DNA of 64,000 bases. Source: Nemertoderma westbladi (lineage: Eukaryota > Animalia > Xenacoelomorpha). The notes below the pieces were generated by a model that did not search any database, was not told where the DNA came from, and saw only the letters and a program-made list of their open reading frames with translations. The stretch's first letter is position 1. Each line of letters opens with the position of its first letter. This document shows, piece after piece, positions 51,345 to 64,000 of this stretch. The position numbers and the translations under genes were made by a program. The stretch is from assembly GCA_032718475.1 (NCBI GenBank), contig JAUCBJ010006444.1, positions 1 to 64,000 of the forward strand, given 5' to 3'.

Positions 51345-51513
51345 CTTGAAGACTGCGTTACGAACTCAACCGATGAGCTTTGTGACCAGGTTTATAGAAC
51401 AGAAGGGATTAGATGGCTTGTTGGAATTCCTTTTCAACATGGACAGTAAGACGTGTGAAAGCGACATCCACCTCTCTATTATTGGCTGCATCAAGGCCCT
51501 TATGAACAACACT
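51345..51513 (+). CDS. DAAM: DAAM formin exon (GBD)
   Basis: attatAG|C TTG AAG..AAC ACT|GTgagt encodes [45 protein letters not shown], a DAAM1/2 signature. Confidence 0.95.
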
Positions 51514-51522
51514 GTGAGTTAT

Positions 51523-53948
51523 TCGGCCCTTATATGCCAAAACCGTCTATCTCATTTTTACATAGTTTTGAGAAAAACGCAAAATACATTCCAGGCCTTT
51601 CATTTAATTCCTGATTGGTGGAAATCCTGTGAAATGATGTATCATGAAACTCCTATCTACATAGTGTAATGTGAGATAGAGCGTATTTGCTTTTATGTTT
51701 TCATAGACATTTGTATGCCAAAACCGTCTATCTCAGAGTTAGTCTGTTTTGGCATGTATAAATTTATTGTTTAACCTGAAGTTTTAGGCATTCTTACTTG
51801 CCAAAACAGACTATCTCAGATATAAACCCTATCTGGCCCGGCTATTTTAATACGTAATTGGTTAGAAAACAAAAATATATTGTGTTTGGTTTGACAATTC
51901 CGAAGGTATATGGGGTTTCGAGGTCTCTGAACACGATGAAACTTGTTAATAATATTTCTCGTACGTCAAAAGTAATTTTTGGGGCCATTCTGATACCCCA
52001 GGATGGAAAGTAGAAGTAGTAAAAATTTCATACGGTTAAATTTTGCCTTTGTTTGGGTAATAATGGTTTTCAAGGTCGCTGATCATGATACAACTACTCG
52101 TTAAAAATCTTTAGTGGTAATGAAACTTTCGTTTTTAGTGCTTCTCTGGTGGGACGAAAAATGCAACTGTAGCATAAAACTTACAAATGCCAAAATAGAA
52201 TTTGGTTGGATAATAGGATATTTTTGAGTCTCATATTCGTGACCAGCTTCTCAGAAAGCCCCTAATGTCATGAAATAAGGTTGATTTAGTAATGATTTTT
52301 GATTAACAAATTTTTCTACATTTATATTTTTCATGCCGCACATTGACACATTTCCAAAAATGCCATAATCAACAAGGTACGATATATTTCAGTGTCATAT
52401 TCGTGATCAGCACTCCAGAAAAAATCTAAATTTCAATAAAGGTCATAACATTGGCTTGATTTCATGCTGATTTTCATTACCATGTCATTACTCATCATCA
52501 TTACTTGTGTTTTGGTGCGCCAGGGGCACATTCAAAATTATAAAAAAAATTTCTCGAATGTTATATTTGAGTTCTACAATCGTCATCAACATCCAAAAAA
52601 CGCGATATACCGCAAATAAATTTATTTTGGTTAGTCATAAAAACTTTTGAAAATTTTAGCACGAAAAATACTGGAGATGGGTGTCAGAAAGGTAACAAAC
52701 ATACTGTAGCTATATAAATGGCGTTTGCAATGTTGGATAGCCCATTAAATTTTAGGAAACTAGTAAAACGAGGTACTAGTAAAAGCATAATTGTTAGGCT
52801 AAGGCAAGTTTAGTATCATTATTGTATTGTAGATCATAGAGATAGACTGTTTTGGTAAATAAAAAATGAATAATTATTAGATATTGAATCCAACGGAATA
52901 CGACCAGATATAAAAGAATACACAGATAGAATAGAATACACAGATAGAATAGAATACACAGATAGAATAGAATACACAGATAGAATAGAATACACAGATA
53001 GAATAGAATACACAGATAGAATAGAATACACAGATAGAATAGAATACACAGATAGAATAGAATACACAGATAGAATAGAATACACAGATAGAATAGAATA
53101 CACAGATAGAATAGAATACACAGATAGAATAGAATACACAGATAGAATAGAATACACAGATAGAATAGAATACACAGATAGAATAGAATACACAGATAGA
53201 ATAGAATACACAGATAGAATAGAATACACAGATAGAATAGAATACATAGATAGAATAGAATACACAGATAGAATAGAATACACAGATAGAATAGAATACA
53301 CAGATAGAATAGAATACACAGATAGAATAGAATACACAGATAGAATAGAATACACAGATAGAATAGAATACACAGATAGAATAGAATACACAGATAGAAT
53401 AGAATACACAGATAGAATAGAATACACAGATAGAATAGAATACACAGATAGAATAGAATACACAGATAGAATAGAATACACAGATAGAATAGAATACACA
53501 GATAGAATAGAATACACAGATAGAATAGAATACACAGATAGAATAGAATACACAGATAGAATAGAATACACAGATAGAATAGAATACACAGATAGAATAG
53601 AATACACAGATAGAATAGAATACACAGATAGAATAGAATACACAGATAGAATAGAATACACAGATAGACGGTTTCGGCATAAAGGAAACAATAAAACCAA
53701 ATTTAATGTTTAATCCCAAATCAATCTTAGTAAAGATTGATGGTTTGGGGATTTACTATTATTGACAGATGTTGAGATAGACGGTTTTGGCAAAAATATA
53801 ACTCCTTACGACTTTATAATTACGTCTTAAGACTTGGCTAGAAAGATCTCTCAATCGATCTAGAAAGATCGTTTTTCTGATTCCAAATATATGCACATGT
53901 CATTTTTCAAAAAAATGTAGTTAGACGATTTTGGCATGTAAGGGCCGA
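51523..53948. mobile_element. Non-autonomous TIR element with subterminal repeats, carrying an 18-bp satellite
   Basis: TCGGCCCTTAYATGCCAAAAYCGTCTA at both ends in inverted orientation. GCCAAAACCGTCTATCTCA recurs at ~51536, 51717 and 51800, and inverted at ~53662 and 53772. Confidence 0.7.
52915..53668. repeat. 18-bp minisatellite, about 42 copies
   Basis: (AGAATACACAGATAGAAT)n with one variant unit. Confidence 0.98.
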
Positions 53949-54354
53949 GGGCCGAGTGGCCGAGGGCCGTATAATTTAATTAGTAAGTTTTCCACATAAA
54001 ATTTTAGATTGTAATATTAATATTTTTCTGTAAAGTAAAAATGTCAGAAAACTGAAAAATTAATATGTGAAAATTTGTAGCTGATAATTAGAAGCTGATA
54101 ATTAGAAGCTGATGATTAGAAGCTGATAATTTCAATTAATCTGAAATGTAATGTATTGTAAATGTAACTGAAATGTATTGTTATTTATGAGATTTCTTTC
54201 AATTCTCACAACATTCATGAAACGGAAACACTTAGTCAGTCACTTTCATGTGATCAGATAATGTCTCATTATATCCCATGTTCCTATTCAATTACAGTTT
54301 TAAATGTAGCAACTAGCCTATTATTTTTCCAGAACGTATCTGTTTATGTTTCAG

Positions 54355-54552
54355 TTGGGACGTGCCCATGTTATCTCCCATCCAACAGCCGTGAACACAG
54401 TGTCACAGAGTTTACGCACGGAGAATATCCGCACAAAAACTGCCGTACTCGAAATATTGGGGGCCCTTTGTCTGGTGCCAGGGGGTCAGAAACGGGTTCT
54501 AGAAGCCATGGAATACTACAGGCTATACGCAAACGAAAGAACTCGATTTCAG
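54355..54552 (+). CDS. DAAM: DAAM formin exon (GBD/FH3)
   Basis: tttcAG|TTG..CAG|GTattt encodes [66 protein letters not shown]. Confidence 0.96.
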
Positions 54553-54709
54553 GTATTTTCCTATATTCGAAATTGTAGAACTTTATTTGTCGGGTGAGAA
54601 TTTTATTTACAACGGGTGAGAAACGCGAATGCACTCATTATTACTGAGAATGCCGTATTGTCCGTCGCTTGGACGCCCAGATACGTGTTACCGGCGTACG
54701 GTGACAAAG

Positions 54710-55155
54710 TGTTACCGGTACATCCGTAACAAGTTGTCCACCACTTACTTTCAGTTTAGGTGCGTTACCGGGACATCCGTGACCGGTCATTCACCACTTA
54801 CTTTCAGTTCAGGTCCGTTACCGGGACATCCGTGACCGGTCGTTCACCACTTACTTTCAGTTCAGGTCCGTTACCGGGACATCCGTGACCGGTCGTTCAC
54901 CACTTACTTTCAGTTTAGGTCCGTTACCGGGACATCCGTGACCGGTCGTTCACCACTTACTTTCAGTTCAGGTCCGTTACCGGGACATCCGTGACCGGTC
55001 GTTCACCACTTACTTTCAGTTTAGGTCCGTTACCGGGACATCCGTGTCCGGTCGTTCACCACTTACTTTCAGTTTAGGTCCGTTACCGGTACATCCGTGA
55101 CCGGTCGTTCACCACTTACTTTCAGTTTAGGTCCGTTACCGGGACATCCGTGACC
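54710..55155. repeat. 53-bp minisatellite, about 8 copies
   Basis: Unit CCGTTACCGGGACATCCGTGACCGGTCGTTCACCACTTACTTTCAGTTYAGGT; period 53 (54815 to 54868). Confidence 0.95.
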
Positions 55156-55255
55156 ATTCCGTGACGCAGCCCAGGTCCACCCTGGGAGTAACTAACTATA
55201 GAAATGTCCACCCTGTAGTTACCTAAACAATTACTTATTTTATTTTATGTTCTAG

Positions 55256-55350
55256 AATATAATTTACGACTTGGACCGCGGTTCGGAGCGCTATAGAGAC
55301 GAAGTTGCGTTTAAGACAGCGATACTAGCCTTCCTGAATGCGGCATTGCG
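55256..55350 (+). CDS. DAAM: DAAM formin exon (FH3)
   Basis: ttctAG|AAT ATA..TTG CG|GTaagt encodes NIIYDLDRGSERYRDEVAFKTAILAFLNAAL, comparable to DAAM [31 protein letters not shown]. Confidence 0.93.
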
Positions 55351-58300
55351 GTAAGTTATAGTTGCGGCAATATGTTGCGGTAAATTATAGTTGCAGCAAT
55401 GCGTTGTGGTAAGTTATAGTTGCAGCAATGCGTTGTGGTAAGTTATAGTTGCAGCAATGCGTTGTGGTAAGTTATAGTTGCAGCAATGCGTTGCGGTAAG
55501 TTATAGTTGCAGCAATGCGTTGTGGTAAATTATAGTTGCAGCAATGCGTTGCGGTAAGTTATAGTTGCAGCAATGCGTTGCGGTAAGTTATAGTTGCAGC
55601 AATGCGTTGCGGTAAGTTATAGTTGCAGCAATGCGTTGTGGTAAGTTATAGTTGCAGCAATGCGTTGTGGTAAATTATAGTTGCAGCAATGCGTTGTGGT
55701 AAGTTATAGTTGCAGCAATGCGTTGTGGTTAGTTATAGTTGCAGCAATGCGTTGCGGTAAGTTATAGTTGCAGCAATGCGTTGTGGTAAGTTATAGTTGC
55801 AGCAATGCGTTGTGGTAAGTTATAGTTGCAGCAATGCGTTGTGGTAAGTTATAGTTGCAGCAATGCGTTGTGGTAAGTTATAGTTGCAGCAATGCGTTGT
55901 GGTAAGTTATAGTTGCAGCAATGCGTTGTGGTAAGTTATAGTTGCAGCAATGCGTTGCGGTAAGTTATAGTTGCAGCAATGCGTTGTGGTAAGTTATAGT
56001 TGCAGCAATGCGTTGTGGTAAGTTATAGTTGCAGCAATGCGTTGTGGTAAGTTATAGTTGCAGCAATGCGTTGTGGTAAATTATAGTTGCAGCAATGCGT
56101 TGCGGTAAGTTATAGTTGCAGCAATGCGTTGCGGTAAGTTATAGTTGCAGCAATGCGTTGCGGTAAGTTATAGTTGCAGCAATGCGTTGTGGTAAATTAT
56201 AGTTGCAGCAATGCGTTGCGGTAAGTTATAGTTGCAGCAATGCGTTGTGGTAAGTTATAGTTGCAGCAATGCGTTGTGGTAAGTTATAGTTGCAGCAATG
56301 CGTTGTGGTAAGTTATAGTTGCAGCAATGTGTTGTGGTAAATTATAGTTGCAGCAATGCGTTGTGGTAAGTTATAGTTGCAGCAATGCGTTGCGGTAAGT
56401 TATAGTTGCAGCAATGCGTTGCGGTAAGTTATAGTTGCAGCAATGCGTTGCGGTAAGTTATAGTTGCAGCAATGCGTTGCGGTAAGTTATAGTTGCAGCA
56501 ATGCGTTGTGGTAAGTTATAGTTGCAGCAATGCGTTGTGGTAAGTTATAGTTGCAGCAATGCGTTGTGGTAAATTATAGTTGCAGCAATGCGTTGTGGTA
56601 AGTTATAGTTGCAGCAATGCGTTGTGGTTAGTTATAGTTGCAGCAATGCGTTGCGGTAAGTTATAGTTGCAGCAATGCGTTGCGGTAAGTTATAGTTGCA
56701 GCAATGCGTTGTGGTAAATTATAGTTGCAGCAATGCGTTGCGGTAAGTTATAGTTGCAGCAATGCGTTATGGTAAGTTATAGTTGCAGCAATGCGTTGTG
56801 GTAAGTTATAGTTGCAGCAATGCGTTGTGGTAAGTTATAGTTGCAGCAATGTGTTGTGGTAAATTATAGTTGCAGCAATGCGTTGTGGTAAGTTATAGTT
56901 GCAGCAATGCGTTGCGGTAAGTTATAGTTGCAGCAATGCGTTGCGGTAAGTTATAGTTGCAGCAATGCGTTGCGGTAAGTTATAGTTGCAGCAATGCGTT
57001 GCGGTAAGTTATAGTTGCAGCAATGCGTTGCGGTAAGTTATAGTTGCAGCAATGCGTTGCGGTAAGTTATAGTTGCAGCAATGCGTTGCGGTAAGTTATA
57101 GTTGCAGCAATGCGTTGCGGTAAGTTATAGTTGCAGCAATGCGTTGTGGTAAATTATAGTTGCACCAATATGTTGCGGTAAATTATAGTTGCAGCAATGC
57201 GTTGTGGTAAATTATAGTTGCAGCAATGCGTTGCGGTAAGTTATAGTTGCAGCAATGCGTTGCGGTAAGTTATAGTTGCAGCAATGCGTTGTGGTAAGTT
57301 ATAGTTGCAGCAATGCGTTGTGGTAAGTTATAGTTGCAGCAATGCGTTGCGGTAAGTTATAGTTGCAGCAATGCGTTGTGGTAAGTTATAGTTGCAGCAA
57401 TGCGTTGTGGTAAGTTATAGTTGCAGCAATGCGTTGTGGTAAATTATAGTTGCAGCAATGCGTTGTGGTAAATTATAGTTGCAGCAATGCGTTGCGGTAA
57501 GTTATAGTTGCAGCAATATGTTGCGGTAAATTATAGTTGCAGCAATGCGTTGCGGTAAGTTATAGTTGCAGCAATGCGTTGCGGTAAGTTATAGTTGCAG
57601 CAATGCGTTGCGGTATGTTATAGTTGCAGCAATGCGTTGTGGTAAATTATAGTTGCAGCAATGCGTTGCGGTAAGTTATAGTTGCAGCAATGCGTTGTGG
57701 TAAGTTATAGTTGCAGCAATGCGTTGTGGTAAGTTATAGTTGCAGCAATGCGTTGTGGTAAATTATAGTTGCAGCAATGCGTTGCGGTAAGTTATAGTTG
57801 CAGCAATGCGTTGTGGTAAATTATAGTTGCACCAATATGTTGCGGTAAATTATAGTTGCAGCAATGCGTTGTGGTAAATTATAGTTGCAGCAATGCGTTG
57901 CGGTAAGTTATAGTTGCAGCAATGCGTTGCGGTAAGTTATAGTTGCAGCAATGCGTTGTGGTAAGTTATAGTTGCATCAATGCGTTGTGGTAAGTTATAG
58001 TTGCAGCAATGCGTTGCGGTAAGTTATAGTTGCAGCAATGCGTTGTGGTAAGTTATAGTTGCAGCAATGTGTTGTGGTAAGTTATAGTTGCAGCAATGCG
58101 TTGTGGTAAATTATAGTTGCAGCAATGCGTTGTGGTAAATTATAGTTGCAGCAATGCGTTGGGGTAAGTTATAGTTGCAGCAATGCGTTGTGGTAAGTAA
58201 TAGTTGCAGCAATGCGTTGTGGTAAGTTATAGTTGCAGCAATGCGTTGTGGTAAGTTATAGTTGCAGCAATGTGTTGTGGTAAATTATAGTTGCAGCAAT

Positions 58301-60005
58301 GCGTTGTGGTAAGTTATAGTTGCAGCAATGCGTTGCGGTAAGTGATAGTTGCAGTAATGCGTTGCGGTAAGTTATAGTTGCAGCAATGCGTTGCGGTAAG
58401 TTATAGTTGCAGCAATGCGTTGCGGTAAGTTATAGTTGCAGCAATGCGTTGTGGTAAGTTATAGTTGCAGCAATGCGTTGTGGTAAGTTATAGTTGCAGC
58501 AATGCGTTGTGGTAAATTATAGTTGCAGCAATGCGTTGTGGTAAGTTATAGTTGCAGCAATGCGTTGTGGTTAGTTATAGTTGCAGCAATGCGTTGCGGT
58601 AAGTTATAGTTGCAACAATGCGTTGCGGTAAGTTATAGTTGCAGCAATGCGTTGTGGTAAATTATAGTTGCAGCAATGCGTTGCGGTAAGTTATAGTTGC
58701 AGCAATGCGTTGTGGTAAGTTATAGTTGCAGCAATGCGTTGTGGTAAGTTATAGTTGCAGCAATGCGTTGTGGTAAGTTATAGTTGCAGCAATGTGTTGT
58801 GGTAAATTATAGTTGCAGCAATGCGTTGTGGTAAGTTATAGTTGCAGCAATGCGTTGCGGTAAGTTATAGTTGCAGCAATACGTTGCGGTAAGTTATAGT
58901 TGCAGCAATGCGTTGCGGTAAGTTATAGTTGCAGCAATGCGTTGCGGTAAGTTATAGTTGCAGCAATGCGTTGCGGTAAGTTATAGTTGCAGCAATGCGT
59001 TGCGGTAAGTTATAGTTGCAGCAATGCGTTGCGGTAAGTTATAGTTGCAGCAATGCGTTGTGGTAAATTATAGTTGCACCAATATGTTGCGGTAAATTAT
59101 AGTTGCAGCAATGCGTTGTGGTAAATTATAGTTGCAGCAATGCGTTGCGGTAAGTTATAGTTGCAGCAATGCGTTGCGGTAAGTTATAGTTGCAGCAATG
59201 CGTTGTGGTAAGTTATAGTTGCAGCAATGCGTTGTGGTAAGTTATAGTTGCAGCAATGCGTTGCGGTAAGTTATAGTTGCAGCAATGCGTTGTGGTAAGT
59301 TATAGTTGCAGCAATGCGTTGTGGTAAGTTATAGTTGCAGCAATGCGTTGTGGTAAATTATAGTTGCAGCAATGCGTTGTGGTAAATTATAGTTGCAGCA
59401 ATGCGTTGCGGTAAGTTATAGTTGCAGCAATATGTTGCGGTAAATTATAGTTGCAGCAATGCGTTGCGGTAAGTTATAGTTGCAGCAATGCGTTGCGGTA
59501 AGTTATAGTTGCAGCAATGCGTTTCGGTAAGTTATAGTTGCAGCAATGCGTTGTGGTAAATTATAGTTGCAGAAATGCGTTGCGGTAAGTTATAGTTGCA
59601 GCAATGCGTTGTGGTAAGTTATAGTTGCAGCAATGCGTTGTGGTAAGTTATAGTTGCAGCAATGCGTTGTGGTAAATTATAGTTGCAGCAATGCGTTGCG
59701 GTAAGTTATAGTTGCAGCAATATGTTGCGGTAAATTATAGTTGCAGCAATGTGTTGCGGTAAGTTATAGTTGCAGCAATGCGTTGCGGTAAGTTATAGTT
59801 GCAGCAATGCGTTTCGGTAAGTTATAGTTGCAGCAATGCGTTGTGGTAAATTATAGTTGCAGCAATGCGTTGCGGTAAGTTATAGTTGCAGCAATGCGTT
59901 GCGGTAAATTATAGTTGCAGCAATGCGTTGTGGTAAATTATAGTTGCAGCAATGCGTTGCGGTAAGTTATAGTTGCAGCAATGCGTTGCGGTAAGTTATA
60001 GTTGC
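55346..60005. repeat. 29-bp satellite, about 160 copies, derived from the DAAM exon/intron junction
   Basis: Unit GTAARTTATAGTTGCAGCAATGCGTTGYG; first donor at 55351 and last at 59991 (difference 160 x 29). Confidence 0.98.
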
Positions 60006-60177
60006 CGCATTAGTAGCAGCAACTAATCAATATGAACATTGAGATTCTAAAAGAGTTGGCGAAAATTGAGCTCAGATAGCGGAGTTCTGTTTCAAAGCAA
60101 CCTCGACGAACCCGAATTTATATATTAAAATCAAAACCCACCAATATGCAGGAAGTTTCCTTTCGAAAGGAAAAAAA

Positions 60178-60729
60178 CACTCGTGGACATGGACATGGTG
60201 ACACGGACACTGACACGATATTAATCACTCGTGGACATGGTGACACGGACACTGACACGATATTAATCACTCGTGGACATGGTGACACGGACACTGACAC
60301 GATATTAATCACTCGTGGACATGGTGACACGGACACTGACACGATATTAATCACTCGTGGACATGGTGACACGGACACTGACACAATATTAATCACTCGT
60401 GGACGTGGTGACACGGACACTGACACGATATTAATCACTCGTGGACATGGTGACACGGACACTGACACTATATTAATCACTCGTGGACATGGTGACACGG
60501 ACACTGACACGATATTAATCACTCGTGGACATGGTGACACGGACACTGACACGATATTAATCACTCGTGGACATGGTGACACGGACACTGACACAATATT
60601 AATCACTCGTGGACATGGTGACACGGACACTGACACGATATTAATCACTCGTGGACATGGTGACACGGACACTGACACGATATTAATCACTCATGGACAT
60701 GGTGACACGGACACTGACACGATATTAAT
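60178..60729. repeat. 42-bp minisatellite, about 13 copies
   Basis: Unit GGACATGGTGACACGGACACTGACACGATATTAATCACTCGT. Confidence 0.97.
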
Positions 60730-62483
60730 AGATTATGCCAGCTCTGTAATCTCCAAGAAGTGGATTGAAAAGTCCAGTAGTATACCGCTTACCGGATCCT
60801 AGTAACGATGTATCTTACTGTAAGATCCAGTAATGTATACGGGCTCGTACAGTATCTGGCAACAAATCCCAGTCCAGGGTGTCTAAATAAACAGATACAA
60901 ATACGCGAACAACTACTGGCGAGGAACAGAGCCTGGTGTCTATTCTAAGTACGTGAGCGGGTCTAATGCCTACGAACTAGACAAAAGGATGCCTGTCCTC
61001 TAACCGGTGAGGCAGATGTACAGTCTACGGTGACAGACCAAACTCACGAGGAAACAATCCCCGCGCAGCGAATCCTAACTACCGCTAACGGACCTAAATA
61101 CCGTAACTTGCCGCGGTGTGATTTATATGGTTTATATACGAGCTAGTGGATTAACAGACTAGCGTAACAATACTGACCTGTACTAAATCAGTCTAAAGGG
61201 GGTCGTGCCTAAAGTAACGATACTGCTGCTCAGACAAACAACAGTCTAATAAGTAAATACTCCTTCTTGCCGTAACTAATTATCAGATCCTAAATTTACA
61301 AACTACGAATAGTAAATTACAAAATAGATTCTGCCTGAAAGTAACCTAAAGTAAGCTACAACTAGTAGAGCTCTAAGGGTACATATGTTTTAGGGCGTTT
61401 GTGTGTGGGTGTGTTACAAATAAAACAATTTTGGTGTACTCCATTGTACTAGGTTTTAGTGATTTTCTGACCGAAACGATACCGTGCGATAGCTACGAAA
61501 ATAAGCTAGTCGCGCTCTGTAGAACTTTTTACTTACAAAATGACATCAAAGCTCTCTCCTTCCTATCCACAACTCAACAAGGCAATTACGGTGTTAGTAA
61601 CTACACCCGTGATCGGCACAAATACCAGATTCTGGTTGTAAGATAAGAAATAGGGGTTAATTGCTACCGTACGTTAGCTGATCTGGTATACAATTTGATT
61701 CTAGAATTTTGTTGCCGCGGTGGTTAGCAGCAATACCTATCAGTACGTGGCAAGGCGCGGTAGGATATTAATAAACCTCCCTAGGCCAAGCGAGTGCCGG
61801 TAGCAGAAATACTCCTTGCCTGATCAAATAACTTGGGTTCAGGCAGGGGGGGGGGGGGGGGGTACTAAATGTATAAACTACGAAATGAAACCGGTACCGA
61901 ACTGTCAGTATCGCAATATGGAACGTATGCTGTCTGTACCTAATGTGTACTTGCGTACTGACGAACACCAATAGTTCACACCTGTAGGGAATACAGGTTA
62001 ATCCGGGGACTTGTAGTACTGGTTCCTGTCTGAATCTAGCTATTTGATCCTAAATTTTGCGGCGTCCCAGGACGGCGTCACGCTTACCCTGATCTATAGC
62101 TCTTACGGCGGGCAAGGGCATCAAACAAAGTCTTACCTTCCTCTGAATCGGGCGCTGCATAGCAAAGGTGGAGTATTTCGAAGGGGCGAAGGGGATGCGC
62201 GGGCTAATCTAATGTGGGTGCTAGCGTGTTGTGGACATCTTCCCTGCGTTGCTTTACAAAATTCTCAGAAGGGTGATAACTAAAATGTTATCCTAATGAT
62301 ATTAGTGAGAGAGATGTTAGAAATAACAAGTGTAAGATTAGTGATAACCGAAGGCAAACCAGCCCTTACATAGCAAATCTCCTAATCCTTTGTCGAACGG
62401 GCTCATCCACACCCTCTAAGACGATTGGGTGGTGTTTGGGATCGAACTGGACTCGGACTTCAGCGTCGAGCTGTCGGTGGTTC

Positions 62484-64000
62484 TTAAACACTAGGAAAGG
62501 GGACGATGGGAGTCTCACACATCCGTCGTGCGCTCAGTCCTCTAAATCCTCGTCCAATTCCAATCATTCGCTTTGTAGTATCGGAACGAGTCTCTACAAC
62601 GCTAGGAGGGAGTCTAAGGGGTGGGACCGTTCCGTCCGCTGACACCTCGCTCTCCGACGTCATCTGAATTCTCATAGGTTCTGGTAAAGCATATCCTGTC
62701 CCTCCGCGTGGTTCTCTAGGAAGGGAAACCGTGCCCTGAGTCATCCGGATTTGCGACTTTGATGTCGTCCTCTCGGCGACATTTACTACCTTTTTTATTT
62801 CCTGTCCGGCCTTCTGGGCTCTAAGTATACGAAGTTGCGGATCTTCCTGTGGGTGATGTGTCCTTTCGGCTAATGGTGTGGCCCTGAAGCCAGTCTCGCG
62901 CAAAACGTCCGCCTCATCTAAGATACAAGAGGTTACGTGTTTGTGATAAAATGCGCTCTGGTATGCCCAAGCTATCGAATGCCAGGCTCCTCGATTCCGC
63001 TGTTCGACTTGCAATTTGTCGAATTCTCCGGCAGTAATCTTATTCACTACAGTCTGAAAGTTCCATGTGTTCTTATTGTCAGGTTGTACCTGTAGAAAGT
63101 AGTCCCTTTCAACTTTAAATCCGCTATCCAACAGCAATATATCTAGCACCTCCAAAAGTTCATCGTATTGAGGCATAGCTGACACGTATCCTTCTTTTGA
63201 CATGATGAGAGGGTTTACGGCCCAAAATCCCAAATGCGCTCTCATGGGGAAACGGTGTCGCTGTGTCGACACATGCTCGTCTGCTAGATTCTCCCAATGG
63301 TCGGAGTTGCCGCAACTGTTCGTCTATTATCGCGGACTCGGTCGGATCCACATCGTCATGATGGGCGGTAGGCTCGCGAGCCTTCCAGGATCCTTCTGGG
63401 CCTTTGAATTCTGCGTGGCATTCCCCGTCGTAGGGTACTAACGTCAACATCGACGGTCTGTCGACTAGGCTTCCCGCATGAGTGAGATAAACGTCCCTAA
63501 AAACGCTAAGTCCCGCTCGCGTGAAAACTTCGCAGTGCGCATCGGTGTTATAAAAGGGTTGGAGAAATCGGCGGAATACATCAGTATGCGTCCTTCCTCC
63601 GTCGCAAATGGTATTTCCTTCACCGAGACATAACGGATGTCCCTTTAGAGTCCTAGACACTACATCGGCGATGAAGCAAATGTTCACTGAAGATTCTATC
63701 GCCAAATAGTATTGCAAGATTATTCGTGGAGGTGAGGTAATCGCCCAGTACATGCAACCTCGCCACTTCAACTGTGACTCGAACTCGTTTATGCCGGGGG
63801 TATCTCCCTCACCGTATACGTCCGTGTATGTGCTCCTCTTACTCTCTTTATAATCCCAACTGAACATTAGGTATGAGATATAACCCATTCCAGTTTTTAG
63901 CGTGTTATACTCCCTAAAATATCCTTGCTCAATAGCTCAAAGCAACAATGGTCTAGTATCCACGTATGGCGTAGGCATTCGATCATCCTCCTCGGGCATT
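62484..64000 (-). pseudogene. Long disrupted orphan ORF running off the window end, probably TE-borne
   Basis: Overlapping ORFs 63160-63888 and 62484-63272; the frame continues upstream past one stop to the window edge. No introns; more GC-rich than the flanks. Confidence 0.45.

Noticed and set aside
51286-51669. ORF-track 127-aa (and 54346-54597 83-aa) proteins as standalone genes
   Set aside because: They are DAAM exons read through into flanking intron sequence.
52834-53719. 288-aa and 280-aa ORFs (SVYSIL)n and (ICVFYS)n
   Set aside because: Translations of an 18-bp satellite that lacks stops in those frames.
55346-60005. CRISPR-like array of 29-bp repeats
   Set aside because: Head-to-tail units with no unique spacers, no cas genes, and a eukaryotic intron context.
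60118-60802. Repeat-protein ORFs on both strands
   Set aside because: Translations of the 42-bp minisatellite.

Overview
AT-rich animal (invertebrate-like) genomic DNA. The only recognisable host gene is a DAAM-type formin on the + strand, with four in-phase GT-AG exons (23753-23877, 51345-51513, 54355-54552, 55256-55350). The rest of the window is probably all intronic and is packed with nested, mostly decayed transposable elements. These include a 5'-truncated BEL/Pao retrotransposon with a large non-env accessory ORF and structured repeats, an Academ-like DNA transposon, Helentron-type and TIR non-autonomous elements, RTE and CR1-like LINEs, tRNA-derived SINEs, a second BEL/Pao (gag half, partly tandem-duplicated), a Polinton/Maverick remnant interrupted by a GalEa-type Copia, and several minisatellites. 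Best candidates for undescribed biology: (1) the Polinton carries a divergent TATA-binding-protein (TBP)-fold gene next to its pPolB, followed by an array of B-box+TATA repeats; (2) the first BEL element pairs a tandem CCHC zinc-knuckle accessory ORF with repeated GNRA and hammerhead-like RNA hairpins; (3) a 29-bp satellite made of about 160 copies of a DAAM 5' splice site. All family assignments come from motif recognition by eye; no database search was run.
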